From positions 682,186,001 through 682,250,000 of the forward strand of contig NC_067399.1 in NCBI RefSeq assembly GCF_016432865.1: 64,000 nt of DNA, given 5' to 3'. This stretch comes from Antechinus flavipes (lineage: Eukaryota). Numbering within the stretch: the stretch's first letter is position 1; the number at the start of each line of letters is the position of its first letter. This document shows, piece after piece, positions 39,000-50,806 of the stretch. The position numbers and the translations under genes were made by a program. Under the pieces are notes generated by a model that was given only the letters and a program-made list of their open reading frames with translations, did no database searches and was not told where the DNA came from.

Positions 39000-39950
39000 G
39001 ATTATAAAGACAGAAATAGTGAAAATTAAATAATTAGATAAGAGATGAGAAAGCATGAGGTGGTGAAGATAAGAGGTTGTGGCTGGGAGGCTAGTAGTTT
39101 CCTAGAGAACTGAAGATACATTAGGAAGAAAGGATGATTTGGGGCAGGGGGAAAGGCAATGACTTCAGGTTTAGACAAGCTGAGTTTAAAATGTTGGTGA
39201 GATATCCATTTCTAGGTGCCCAATAGATGGCAAAATGAATCTGAAGCTTTGGAAAGAAGTTAGTGATGGATGAGTAGATCTGAGAATCATTGACACAAAT
39301 ATGATAATTGAATACATTCAAGGATATTCCTTTTAAAGGAATGCCATAAGAGTGAACATTTTAAAATAGTCCTAATTGTCTTGAGAAATAAGCAATTTTC
39401 TTGAAAAAGATATAAAAAGGTATTGTCATTGAAGAAAACATTGGGATAGTAGATTGGCACCAGAGTATAAAGGCATAATGAAGTGTTTGAATTTTATTTA
39501 ATAGCCAGTAGGGAGCTATGAAAAGTTCTTAGATATGGCAGAATCAAAAGCACGACAGCGTTTAAGGAATGGTAATTTGCTGATATAAAAAAGTATAAAA
39601 GGGAGGCAAGAGAGACTAAAGGTGACATAATTTACAAGGCTTAGAGTTACAGTTCTATGTGGGAGGAGAAAAGGACTGAAACTTGGACATAGTAGGAATC
39701 ATAAAAAAGATTAGAAGTGAAAAAGATGGCAGAGAAAACATTGACAGAACTTGAGGATGCAGGGGAGTTGCTGAGTCAGGATGAAGCGAAGATTCAACTC
39801 AAGCACTAAGATTGGATACTTGACAGAACAGTGGGGGAATAAGGAGCAAGTGAAAGATGGAAGATGGAAGGAGAGATTGGTTAGGGCATATGGAGATGGA
39901 AATATGGTTTGAGATATGGCTTGTTTTCTCAACTGGGTTCCCTACAGAAT
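39000..39950 (-). mobile_element. L2 fragments
   Basis: gctgagtttaaaatgttggtgagatatcca...gatctgagaatcattgacac is typical of the L2 reverse strand. Confidence 0.65.
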
Positions 39951-41109
39951 GCATTTAAAGAGTGCACCAGCAGGCAGCACACTTAAAATCCATTCATCCA
40001 CAAAAATGAGAACAGGGCTTTTAATCTTGCATCTGTCAGAGATGAACAACAGAACAGTGATGGCTCCACGTTATTTATGGAATCTCCCTACAATAGTGGG
40101 AACAAATTCTCTCTTGACATTCTATAGATTTAATGCCTTCAAATCCAGTAGTTTGCCACCAATTTAATCTAAAGGTTAACAAAAGAGTATAGAGTTATAA
40201 ATTACTCACTTAGACTTTATGTTTCCAAACTAAATACTGACAAGGTATTAGTGTCATCCTCACACCTTCCACCTAACAAAGAAAAAGCCCCATCGCCATC
40301 TTATAGCCCCAGCAGCTTTAAACTCAGGTATTTCAGCTTGTTATCTGTTCAGCATTTTCCCAAGTGATCATCCACCAGAGAAAGCAATGGTATTTCTTGT
40401 TATCAATCTTACATAATTGATGACTCTAGTGCTTCGTTTCAGCATTATCCAGAGTCTTACTGACACACACGCACGGAAGTCAGCTTGTGCATTGGTAGTC
40501 ATCAGTGTCTGAATAGCTTATATGACATTTTCCCTTCTGTTTCTCTGCTATGAGCTAAAGAAGGAACGTCAGCTCCCGATGATCTGTTGGAGCAGAAGCC
40601 TCATTGTTGCACTGCAACATTTGAACTTCTTGGAAATTGTTGACCATGGATTTTTCCCTTGACCTCAATCATTTTTGGTCCCAAAATGATTGGGGAAGAG
40701 GGGAATAGGAGGAAGGGCAGATTCAATGATTCTAAAGGTGATATTCTTGTCAAATGAGTGAAAAAATATTCAAACTGCAAGACTGTAAACACTCAAGCAC
40801 CAATGATGTTCAGTACTTCTTATTTAATCTACCTAACAAAAAGTTCCATCCTTTCCCCTTTGTAAAAGCAATTCAGATGAATTAAGTGGTTTGGGTTGTG
40901 GTAGTATTGGTAAGTGGTATTTCTTATTATTATAATGTCATGTCTGAGACTTGTGGCCTGTTCCGAGGTCATATTTCATAAAGCATCTCGATAAAATATA
41001 AAATGCTCCCATAGGAAGGCAATTGGGATCGGGAAGAGGCTGAAGTCCATGATCCAGGAAAATTATGTGATGTAACAAGTCGTGAGAAGACAAGACTTAG
41101 GACACAGCA

Positions 41110-41320
41110 TGATCTGTCTTCAAATGCAGGAAGGAAGGGGAAGGACTGTGAAAATAAGTATGGTAGATGGTATAGGATGCTAAAAGTGAAGTAATAAGGA
41201 TCTGGATTAAAATCTTGCCTTAGACGCTTACTAACTGGGTGACATCTTGGACAAGTCACTCAATCTTCTATGCCTCAGTTTCCTACCATGTAACATGAAT
41301 GACTTTAAATTTTTGAACCC
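41110..41320 (+). mobile_element. MIR
   Basis: atctggattaaaatcttgccttagacgcttactaactgggtgacatcttggacaagtcactcaatc. Confidence 0.8.
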
Positions 41321-41886
41321 AAATCTTCCCTTCAATATCATTGTATAATTTAAGATAATACTTGTTTGACTCAGCCTCAGAGTACATAATGTGGAGAGAG
41401 AGGGAAAAAAAAAAGATGAATAGGATATATTATAAGAAAACACTAAAAATGCAGCAATTCTAAATAGAATGGGATACTTTGGGTAATAGTCTCATTCCAT
41501 GGGAGTTTTCAAGCATAGCCAGAGGATCACAAGCCAGCTATGGAGTAGATAGGATTTTGGGGGTGGGAGGGAGGGCAGATTAAACACGACGGTCACCGAG
41601 GTCCTGGCTAACTCTGTGATACAGGGACATATGCGATCACGGAATTTATCATGTAGCACCACAGAATAACTCAGGTTGATGTCATCCCACTACTCAGCTC
41701 TGCGTTCCATGAGGCTTTGGCCATCATTTTTGTCCTTGGGGCAGGACCTGGCTCAGCAATTCATGCTGGATTAATATACTGTTGATTTTAGTTTTTCTTT
41801 AAACTAAGCATTTTAAGACAATTGAAGCAACAACAGATTGTGCAGCCTGTGGCCGGCTCTCAGTGCTTCACAAGAGAAATAATTAC

Positions 41887-41934
41887 CTCCCTTCAGATTT
41901 AGGGGAAGCTGAGGCGTCATCGGACCCCGGGAGC
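41887..41934 (-). CDS. Candidate cassette exon (48 nt; alternative acceptor at 41962)
   Basis: Acceptor tcttcttcAG and donor GAG|GTAATT. Length divisible by 3, open in phase 1 (SRGPMTPQLPLNLKG) and phase 2 (LPGSDDASASPKSEG). Locally CpG-rich. Confidence 0.3.
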
Positions 41935-41991
41935 CTGAAGAAGATTCTCTCTTACAATATGCCTGAAGGAAACTAGCCTTCAGCAGTCGGA

Positions 41992-42005
41992 TGTGTGTGT
42001 GTGCT

Positions 42006-42041
<36 letters not shown>
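41992..42041. repeat. (TG)n microsatellite
   Basis: Read directly. Confidence 0.97.
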
Positions 42042-42046
<5 letters not shown>

Positions 42047-42413
42047 GACAGACAGAACACACACACCTACTAAATATAGATATATTTATGTATGTGTGTG
42101 TTTGTTTATATGCATGACTGTATGAATTCACACATAAACATATATAAACAAATGTCAAATATTTATGTATATACACATACCTCTAAATATATGAATATGC
42201 ATTTAAATATCGAGATACCATGTGTGTATGGGTTTTCAATGAATAAATTCATTTTATTCAGTGAAGAAATAATTGATTTTCTCTCTCTCGTAGCCCAGAA
42301 ATAATAATTGCCACTACTAATAATTTAAGGTACAAACCAACTCAAGGACACGCCAGTCCAGCTCTGCCCAGGCTCAGCCATCTTAGCATGGCTTCATAAT
42401 GCAGAAACATTGA

Positions 42414-42540
42414 GCCATCTGGCAAAGGGGGAGTCAGAGCTTTGGGGAGGCAAGGAAGGGATTCCAGACTCCAGGAAGGCACAGACTTGGGTTCACCAAC
42501 CGGGAAAGAAAAGGCCAACCAGCCCAGGCAGGAAAATGGC
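42414..42540 (+). repeat. Left arm of a 127-bp inverted repeat
   Basis: Reverse complement of 43469-43595 with 4 mismatches and no indels (aligned by hand). Confidence 0.97.
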
Positions 42541-42869
42541 GGCCTGTATGATGGCTGAATGTGCTGACATGGAGCTGGGCAATAAGAATGCTCGGACAGC
42601 CTCTTGCTAAAAGCTGGATAGGAAGCACGGATGAGAAGAAGAGATGGGGATCTCCTTTGGGGCAGAAAAAGCTAACTGTCCCAGCCCCCCCAAACTGCAG
42701 AAGTCATAAGCCCCTAATTTGAGCAAAATGGCCGATTCTTGCTCCCAGTTCATTCTCTTTCATGAAGAATGGGAGCCCCATCTCTGCTTTGCCAAATTTA
42801 AATGTAAGACAGTGTTGTTATCAAAGGTGTTTGATAAACCAATAGGACGCCATTCAAGTTGCCACTTAC

Positions 42870-42911
42870 AGTCTGACCATGACGCGTGTTTGACTGCAGA
42901 TCCTGGACATG
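42870..42911 (-). CDS. Candidate cassette exon (42 nt) inside the inverted-repeat loop
   Basis: Acceptor ggttttccacAG and consensus donor CT|GTAAGT. Length divisible by 3 and all three frames open. Contains CpGs. Confidence 0.4.
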
Positions 42912-43468
42912 CTGTGGAAAACCATTTTCCTCAGGCTGAGGCTTCTAATGAGGGGCAGACTGCTGTCACCAGGCCAGGGGGGTCAGATCCAATCTGTCGC
43001 TTGATCCTGGTGGCCAGGCTGGACATTTGGAAGGCTCCCTTAGTCGGAGAAGGCAGCGTCTCTTGGCTCTCTCTTTCTCGCCCCAGTTCCAGGTCACAGA
43101 ACACTAGCTATAATTCTCCTGGAAGATGTGAAAGGCCAGCCATGTCCCTGATCTGCTGGGAGCTGCCCAACAACCCTGTAAAGTAAGCCCTAACAGTACC
43201 ATCATCCCCTCAAAAAGATGACCTTCGAGTCCCGGAGATTTTGAGTCCTGCCAGTGGTTGCGCAGCCATTAAGCATCACTGAATGAATATGAATCCAGAG
43301 TCCTCTTGCTCTCAAGCTCAGTGCGGGTACAATTATCTACAATAAGCTGCCTTCCCAGCACAGTGTTCACTAGAGGAAAGGTGCTGGGAAAGTGCTCGCT
43401 GCTCCACCCCCCACCCAGATCTTCGCTTCCTCCATCCTTCAGGAGTCTCCTTGAATGGCTGCTTTGAT

Positions 43469-43595
43469 GCCATTTTCCTGCCTGGGCTGGTTGGCCTTTT
43501 CTTTCCCGGTTGGTGAACCCAAATCTGTGCTTTCCTGGAGTCTGGAATCCCTTCCTTGCCTCCCCAAAGCTCTGACTCCCCCTTGGCCAGACGGC
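43469..43595 (-). repeat. Right arm of a 127-bp inverted repeat
   Basis: Pairs with 42414-42540; spacer 928 bp. Confidence 0.97.
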
Positions 43596-43681
43596 ACCAT
43601 CTGCACTGTCATTCGCTGGGCTACAGTCTGGCTCTGGGACTCACTTCTTGGTACATCCCTATTTCAATTAGTTCTGTTGAC

Positions 43682-43683
<2 letters not shown>

Positions 43684-43736
<53 letters not shown>

Positions 43737-43743
43737 ACACACA
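43684..43743. repeat. (CA)n microsatellite
   Basis: Read directly. Confidence 0.97.
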
Positions 43744-43879
43744 TACGAACTGAAAGCCAAGGAAGTTGTTCCATGTTTCAGGGATGAGACTCTTCTCTCT
43801 GTGAGAGGAAGGATCACATTGTTCTGAACCTGGTTTCAGTTATGAGCCCTTTTTCAGATTTTAAGTCTCCCCTAAGGAT

Positions 43880-44560
43880 ACATCAACAAACTAGAATAAT
43901 ATAATGCAAAAAATAATACAAGAAACTGCCCAGAAGTTCTGAACATATTAAAAGTGAGATCCAATTTAAAAAATCCATTAATCCCTTCCAAAAGCAAAGA
44001 GGGGGAGAGACCTGAAAAGTCCAAGTCAAACTTTGGTAATTCCAATGACAAACAATAAAATTATGCAAATTAGGAGAAAAAAAGATTTTCAAAAGGTAAA
44101 TAAGAAAGGAAATTTTAATTTGGCAGCCACCAGAAACCATGGAAAGTGATGAATATTATCTTTCAAAAGCCAAAGTGCTTCCCATGCCCTAAAAGAACCT
44201 TACCCTATTGTCCTGATCTCAATGAAAAATTATGTACATTCAGTGAAAAAAGATGTTTGATGCTTCCAAAAAAAAAATCTGAAGAAATCAATAGAAATAT
44301 AACTACAGTGAACAAATACAGCAAGCATGTTCAACAACAACATTAAAAAAGGAAAAAGGGAAGGATAATTAAGTTTCTTTCTAAAAGTACACAAGGAATC
44401 AAGGTTTAAAGGCAAAGGCAAATACAGACAACAGAGGGAAAAGGCAAGAAACATCATGTGCTCAATCTCATATCATTCTCCTTCAGATAAATGCAAAATA
44501 TGAGGTCATATAAAAGGGAGAGGGAAGGAAGACCATAGAAAATTAAAAAAATTAAAAGGA
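43880..44560 (+). mobile_element. Ancient L1 ORF1 relic
   Basis: aaaaaataatacaagaaactgcccagaag (IIQENCPE-like) and gaatattatctttcaaaagccaaag (NIIFQKAK-like). Confidence 0.65.
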
Positions 44561-44586
44561 AAATAATTCCCAAAGCCTCTAGGAAT

Positions 44587-44805
44587 GGGCAGGTAGGTGG
44601 CAGTTTTCTTGAACTCAAAAGTGGCCTCGACACTTATTAGCTGTGTAATTGTGGACAAGTCATTTTACCTTATTTACCTCAGTTTCCTTATCTGTAAAAT
44701 GAGCTGGAGAAGGAAATGACAAACCAGGCCAGGATCTCGACCAAGGAAACGCCTTTGGGATCAAGAAGAATTGGATAAGATTGAAATGACTGAACAACAA
44801 CAAAT
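44587..44805 (+). mobile_element. MAR1 SINE
   Basis: CORE plus gagctggagaaggaaatgacaaacc...gaaatgactgaacaacaacaaa tail. Confidence 0.85.
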
Positions 44806-45794
44806 TCTTAGAGGAAAGAGAATATGATAGACAATGGGTTTTGAGGCGAAAAATGATATTGAAAAGGGGGGAATGGAAGGGGAAATTTTCTGCAGTGAGC
44901 ATGGAGATCACTAAAGAATTTCTCTAAGAGAGATGGGATCCTTTTAATGGGTATAATCAGAAGGGCTTTGGTTCTACTTCAGGAAAAGAGGAATCAGAAC
45001 TTGTAGAGGAAAGTTGCATCCTAAACAAGTGGGACAGCATGGACCCAGAAAGAGAATTGTATAGCAAATGAAAGAAAATGGCTTTGGAGAGAACAAAGAC
45101 TTATAATGAACTACAAATCAAGACTGTGGGAAATGTCCTACTAGGGACAGGAAAATCCTCTACCTCATTCAAAGCTCTTAGTTTGTCTAAGAGATCTACA
45201 AGGCTATAAAATGAAAGCTGTTAGAAAATAACCCCAAAGAATTACCTGGAAACTTTAAAGCCATGAAGAATATAGATAAAAGAAGGGATAAAAAGTAAAA
45301 AGTCCATGAAAAAAATAAAATTCTAAAATAGATGAAAAGGAAGGGAAAAAATTAAGACCATAAGGAAAAGAAAATATTTGTTAAAAGGTACAGAAAATTA
45401 AATTAAAAAAAAACAAGAAAATAAATTACAGAGGGAAAAGGAGAAGAGCATTACTTGACTTGGAGAAAAAAAATGAGGGAAAATGGAGGTAAGTAGATTA
45501 AACAAGAACAAAAAAGTGATTGAGTGAACCTCGCAACTTCAGAAGAGGAAGGTGTGGTTAGTAAGAGGAGGAAGACTTTTTTTTCAAATAGATGAAGCTA
45601 AATAGCTAAAAAGACCTGGACTTGTGTCTTTGTCTTTTAAATACTAACTGTTGAATAGGATTGGGAGAAACAAAAACTTATCTTTGTCAAAACTTAGCTT
45701 TATATGCATCTATACCTGAACAATACATGATAAGAGAGTGCAGAAGCATCCAGCATGCAGACCTCCTTGGGAACCTTGCACATTTATTCAGGAA

Positions 45795-45887
45795 CATGCA
45801 CACACACTCACATACACTCACATACACTCATACACACATGCACTCACACAAACATACACACACACGTGCACACACATATATACATAC

Positions 45888-45922
<35 letters not shown>
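45795..45922. repeat. Imperfect (CA)n tract, (UG)n on the minus strand
   Basis: Read directly. Confidence 0.95.
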
Positions 45923-45976
45923 CTGAATCTAGCCCAGGAACGGGACTTATGAGGTGAATCACCATGGGACACATAC

Positions 45977-46100
45977 AAAGATGACCGGGGGAGATCCGGC
46001 ATCGGCCTTTGAAGGGGCCAGCCCTTTTCACTTCTGCTAGGGCTGCCATAATGTTCAATGAGTAGAGTCCGCCTTGGGCTTGCTCTTCCAACCAGCCCAT
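45977..46100 (-). CDS. Candidate exon (124 nt; 138 nt with the alternative donor at 45963), product unknown
   Basis: ~30-nt pure pyrimidine tract plus ctgcAG acceptor. Donors TT|GTATGT or ATG|GTGATT. GC/CpG-rich. Open in phase 0 (MGWLEEQAQGG...) and phase 1 (DGLVGRASPRRTLLIEHYGSPS...). Confidence 0.4.
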
Positions 46101-49100
46101 CTGCAGGATGGAGGAGGAGGAAGGAAGGAGGAGGAAGCTCAGTATTTTGGGGAGAGCGTTCTTATATTCTTCTGGGAAGCCATTCCTCTGGGGAATTTTG
46201 ATGCATTCTGGGTGCATAGTGGGGGGTTTCAGCCCCACAAGTAGAAACCCAACAGGAAGCTGAAAGTGAAAAAGAAGGCAAGTCCTTGGGACTCCCCTTT
46301 ATCCCCTGAGGGAGCTCCCAAGATCCTTTCACAGTGATCTGGGGACAGAGCTCGGAGGATCTTGGGATGGCGCTCACACAGTCAATCATGTGATCTCACA
46401 ACTGTTTTGGGGGCTCTGCCCTTCTCTGACTCATCGCCCTCCCCTTGCTCTCTGAGGCCCCAGATCTAAGGGGGTCTTGGGCCCACTGGAAAGCTGTAAG
46501 ACGTTCTAGTGGGCTGTTCTATGATTTCAGCAAACCAGAACTGTAATAAAACCTGTCGACAGCCAGGGCATTTTCAAAGCTAACCCCAGAACTGCAGTAA
46601 GCCCTGAAAGCGGTCTTCCTGAAAGAGTTCTTTCATGCCAGTCGTGGTTTTGAAAATCAGCAATTTCGAGATCAGTCGTGACCTCGGGGTGCTTTACCCC
46701 AAAGTGGTTTGGACAGACTGGAGAGTGGAGCCAGAGCCATGCAGAGCAGCCTTCCCCAGCAGGCGGTCCCTACTCCGGCATCTTTTCCCATAAAATAAAC
46801 TTGCTCTTATCTCAGGTTCTTATTTTATCCTTTTTCTCCAAGAAAGAGAGAGGACAAGTAATCTTTGCTTCCATTTCCATAAATTACATGACGCCATGGA
46901 ACCACAGAAACATGTTTAATTAATTTATTCACACAAGGCCTCTTCCCATTATGGGAGAGGGGGGCGAGGAAGGCTTGTTAGCAGCAAAAACCATGTGAGA
47001 AATAAAACGCTAAATTGTTCTATAGTGAGTAGCAAACAATGTTCTCTCCAGCCTTTGGAAAAGAATACAGACACCGGGAGCCCAGAGCCCAGCAAAGTAG
47101 CTTGAACAAGAAAACACTATGCTAATTCACAGAATAATTCAGGCCCTAGTATTTTTCCAATAACATAAGCTTTGCTTACAGTCAACAGTACACACCTGCA
47201 AAAGATAATAAAAAGAACAACTCCACAGTCAAACAATACATGAGGGTGAGACAAAATGGAACTTCCGCAGGAGGAGAGCACGTGTGCTTGTGGATGGCGG
47301 AAAATAGAGCCCTTTTAAGAGTCCTCATTACAAAGTGGGGAGGGGACTGTGGAAGTCAAACTAATGTACTCAGAACAAGGCTTCTAAGCTCACCTCCGCT
47401 TTCCAAAAGTCATTAAAATAAAACATTGATGTTAATACATACCCAGATCGGGAGTGGATGGTTTGATGTAGCTGGTTTTTAAAATGAATGAATTTAAAAT
47501 ATAAACTATTGGAGGGAAAAGATCCAAGACAATCAGTCAAGTGACCTGTTAGACGGGAGAAGAGCTAGTGAACAATGATTTCTATTCTTCACTCCCAAAT
47601 AAAACAAGCACCTGGAGACTGGTGAGTCTAGTGGGGAATACAGTCTCTATGGTAGTGTCAGAGGCTCTAGTAGATCCAGAAGGAGATGCAAGCAGCTTTG
47701 GAGGAACCCAACTGGAGCAGTGGAAATGGTGGCCATGAGGCCCTCCTGGGGATGGGGCAGGGTAACGAATGGGAGGGAAATGGAGGCCATGAATTCTGAT
47801 TCACCGCAACAAAGTGAATTCAGAAGGGAGAAGGCACAGCTGAGATAGAGGATGGGTGACCACATAATCTTGAATTAGCTACAAGCTCTGCTCCTGCTTT
47901 ATTCAAAGAGAAGGATCTGGCACAAATCCTGAAGACTAAGGGATCACTTCTTTTATAAGGAGAGAAAAAATCACTTTGCAGTTTTCATAACTCTGCATGA
48001 GAGAACACCTGCCCTTTACTTTCCCTAGCTCTTAGGGAATCTCTGACCATTTTTCCCCTTCAGTCTACTATTCCGCTTGTCACAAAAATAAAATCTCCCT
48101 CAAACAGCTGCGAATAAAGAAAAAAGCAAAAATATGAAGGGTGATAAAAGACCATCGCATATGACTGATCTTGAAATCATAAGTCAGTTATTACATCCAA
48201 ACCTAGTGATTCCAGAGACTGTCAGACTTGCCAATGACCCAATGTGTCATCCAACACCTATTTAAATTTCTTCAGAAGAATCAAATTTATGCCTATGGGA
48301 CTTCTCAACAGCCCTTAGGTCCCAGTTCAATTGTCACTTCCATCATGAAGCCAGCCAAGAAGACTCAAAACCAAGCCATTTATGCCTCCTCTGACTACTT
48401 CTAAGTAGTATTTTCTCTCATCTAGGGACACGTAATCCACCTTCTGTTAGAATTAACCAGAAATCAGAAATTGCATATTCATTGATCTTTCTGTATCAAT
48501 TAGCAATTAAAAGTATTAGTAACTGACCTTTATCTGGTGATTCAAGATCTGCCTACTACCTTGCACAAGTTAATTCATTTGTGACTCATGACAAACTTCC
48601 GCAATTTTATTATTTCCATTTTTGAAGTGAGTAAACAGGCTCAGCGAGCTTAAATGCTATCCCCTGATTACACAACCAAAAAGTGTCAGAGATGAAATTT
48701 GAACCTGAGCATAACTGATTCTGCTTTGAGGATTTTTTTTCTTATTTAATGCTGTCTCTCAGCAATTAACTGTCTCTAGTCATCAGTACTCACCTCAAAT
48801 GTTTTTAACTGGGGTTGAGAAGGCAGAAGAGTACTTTACATCAAGTTCTACCCAGAAAAAAAAAATGAGTTCGGGAAAATGGGATCTAATATTGTGAGGA
48901 GGACATCTATTTCTCCTTGCTAATATGACAGGATTCTCTCAGGTCAAGATTGTTATCCTTTGCAAAAAACCATTACCTTCAGAGTCTTTTCCAGAGTCTA
49001 TACACTCCAGTTGAACACAGTCCTGAAAAGTTCTCCCTAATTCTTTTGTTCTTCTCCCACCTTTTTTCCTCCTTGTCTCTTACCTTCACTTACTGACTCT

Positions 49101-49819
49101 GGTGACATCTGAAGACTTATTGCCCATTGCCAAAAATGTGCCAAGAACATTGGTACTTAACACATTTCAGGAGTTATATTACCATTAATATCATATTGTC
49201 ATTGCTCATAATTTGAATTGTTAGTATAGTAAAAGTGATAATATTCCTCAAATTAATTTACAAATTTATTATCATGTAAAAAATAAACCAATGAGGATTT
49301 TTGGAGAGTTAGTTTATTTGGGGAAAAATGAAAATCTAGAATTTCAAGGAGAAATAATGGGGGGAAATGGACTAAAAGTGGAAAGGAATATTCAGACCTC
49401 AAGTTTATTATAAATGACTAATGATCCAAATTATTTGATAGTAGTTTAAAATAGAATAGTGAAAGAGCGACACCAAAAAATTAAATGAGATTTGTAAAAT
49501 ACAAATTCAATAAGTCATATTCCAATAAACTAACAGCCTAAACTGTTTGCCAAAAGAACTTCTTATTTAATAAGAACTTCTGGGAAAAGCAATTATAGAT
49601 GGCAAAAATAAACAAAAAAAGAAAAATATATAGGTCCAGACCAACATCTTATATCACATACTACAATCAACTATAAATTGACATGCAAACAAGAATTTTG
49701 TTATCCTTAAGACTTTTTCTTCATTATCTTGCAGCTGATTATAGTTGAAACAGTAGAAGTTCATATAAGATAGTTGTTTGTAGAAGTCCCTTAAGCATCA
49801 CACTGTCAGCATATCCAAT

Positions 49820-50350
49820 AAAAAAGAGTATCTCTTCCCTCAAAATCTACCCATCCTTCCCTAATTTCCTTAATCCAGTGACCAGGGCTCCCAATGTTCA
49901 AGCCTTTGACTAAATATTCTTCCTTGGCTCATACTGAATCTGTTGCAAGTTTTAGGATTTCTACCACCACTATATTTTCCATATCTATCCCTTATTTCTA
50001 CTTTTAAAAGTCTGATCCAAGTTCAGATACTCATATCATGCTTCAACCCTACTACAGCAGTAGTTCCCTACTTGCTCTTCTTGCCTCCGGTAGGTTTTCC
50101 AACGTGCGGTTGTATAGTTAAATTGAGAGAGTAGACATCTGTTCATGGAATACCTCTGCTGAAAAAAAAAAAATCTGCAAAAATTCCCTTTTTCTTCAAG
50201 TAAAATAAAGTCACTCACACTAAGTTTCAAAGCCTGTGTCCCGCTTGCCTTCCCATTCTTTAATTACATTACTCACAATATGCTTCCCATTTTCATTCAA
50301 CTTGTTCTTAAGTGCCTCCATGACTTGGTCCAACCTAGACCCCATGGTTC
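49820..50350 (+). mobile_element. L2 fragment
   Basis: catactgaatctgttgcaag...cttcaaccctactacagcagtagttccct resembles L2. Confidence 0.6.
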
Positions 50351-50568
50351 AAATTATGTTGCTATGTCATGTTCACTTTCTTGTGGCTTATGTCCATACA
50401 CACACACATACGCACACACACACACACACACACACACAGTCATTTTTCTTTTAATTTCATTTGTTATTAAATTTTATTTCATGACCAAGCATTAGTTGTT
50501 TGCTTGTTTATTTTTTCTTCCTGTCACTGGATCTCTCCGATACTATGTCTTCCATTATTTGTTTCAGC

Positions 50569-50732
50569 NNNNNNNNNNNNNNNNNNNNNNNNNNNNNNNN
50601 NNNNNNNNNNNNNNNNNNNNNNNNNNNNNNNNNNNNNNNNNNNNNNNNNNNNNNNNNNNNNNNNNNNNNNNNNNNNNNNNNNNNNNNNNNNNNNNNNNNN
50701 NNNNNNNNNNNNNNNNNNNNNNNNNNNNNNNN
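50569..50732. other. Assembly gap (164 N) flanked by (CA)n runs (50396-50438, 50768-50803) and reverse L1 3'UTR pieces
   Basis: N run. Confidence 1.
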
Positions 50733-50769
50733 NCTATCCCCCATTTGATCCAAGTTTCTTTTTTTGCCA

Positions 50770-50806
<37 letters not shown>

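Noticed and set aside
42719-43186. 155-aa plus-strand ORF inside the inverted-repeat loop
   Set aside because: No recognisable domain; GC-rich DNA gives longer chance ORFs; splice signals favour the minus strand.
42414-43595. Inverted repeat interpreted as the TIRs of a DNA transposon/MITE
   Set aside because: Flanks (aacattga / accatctg) show no TSD, the termini lack typical TIR signatures and the interior has no transposase remnant. Not fully excluded without a Dfam search.
46328-46340. TTCACAGTGA resembling the miR-27/miR-128 seed
   Set aside because: Falls in the hairpin loop rather than the stem, and the rest does not match either miRNA.
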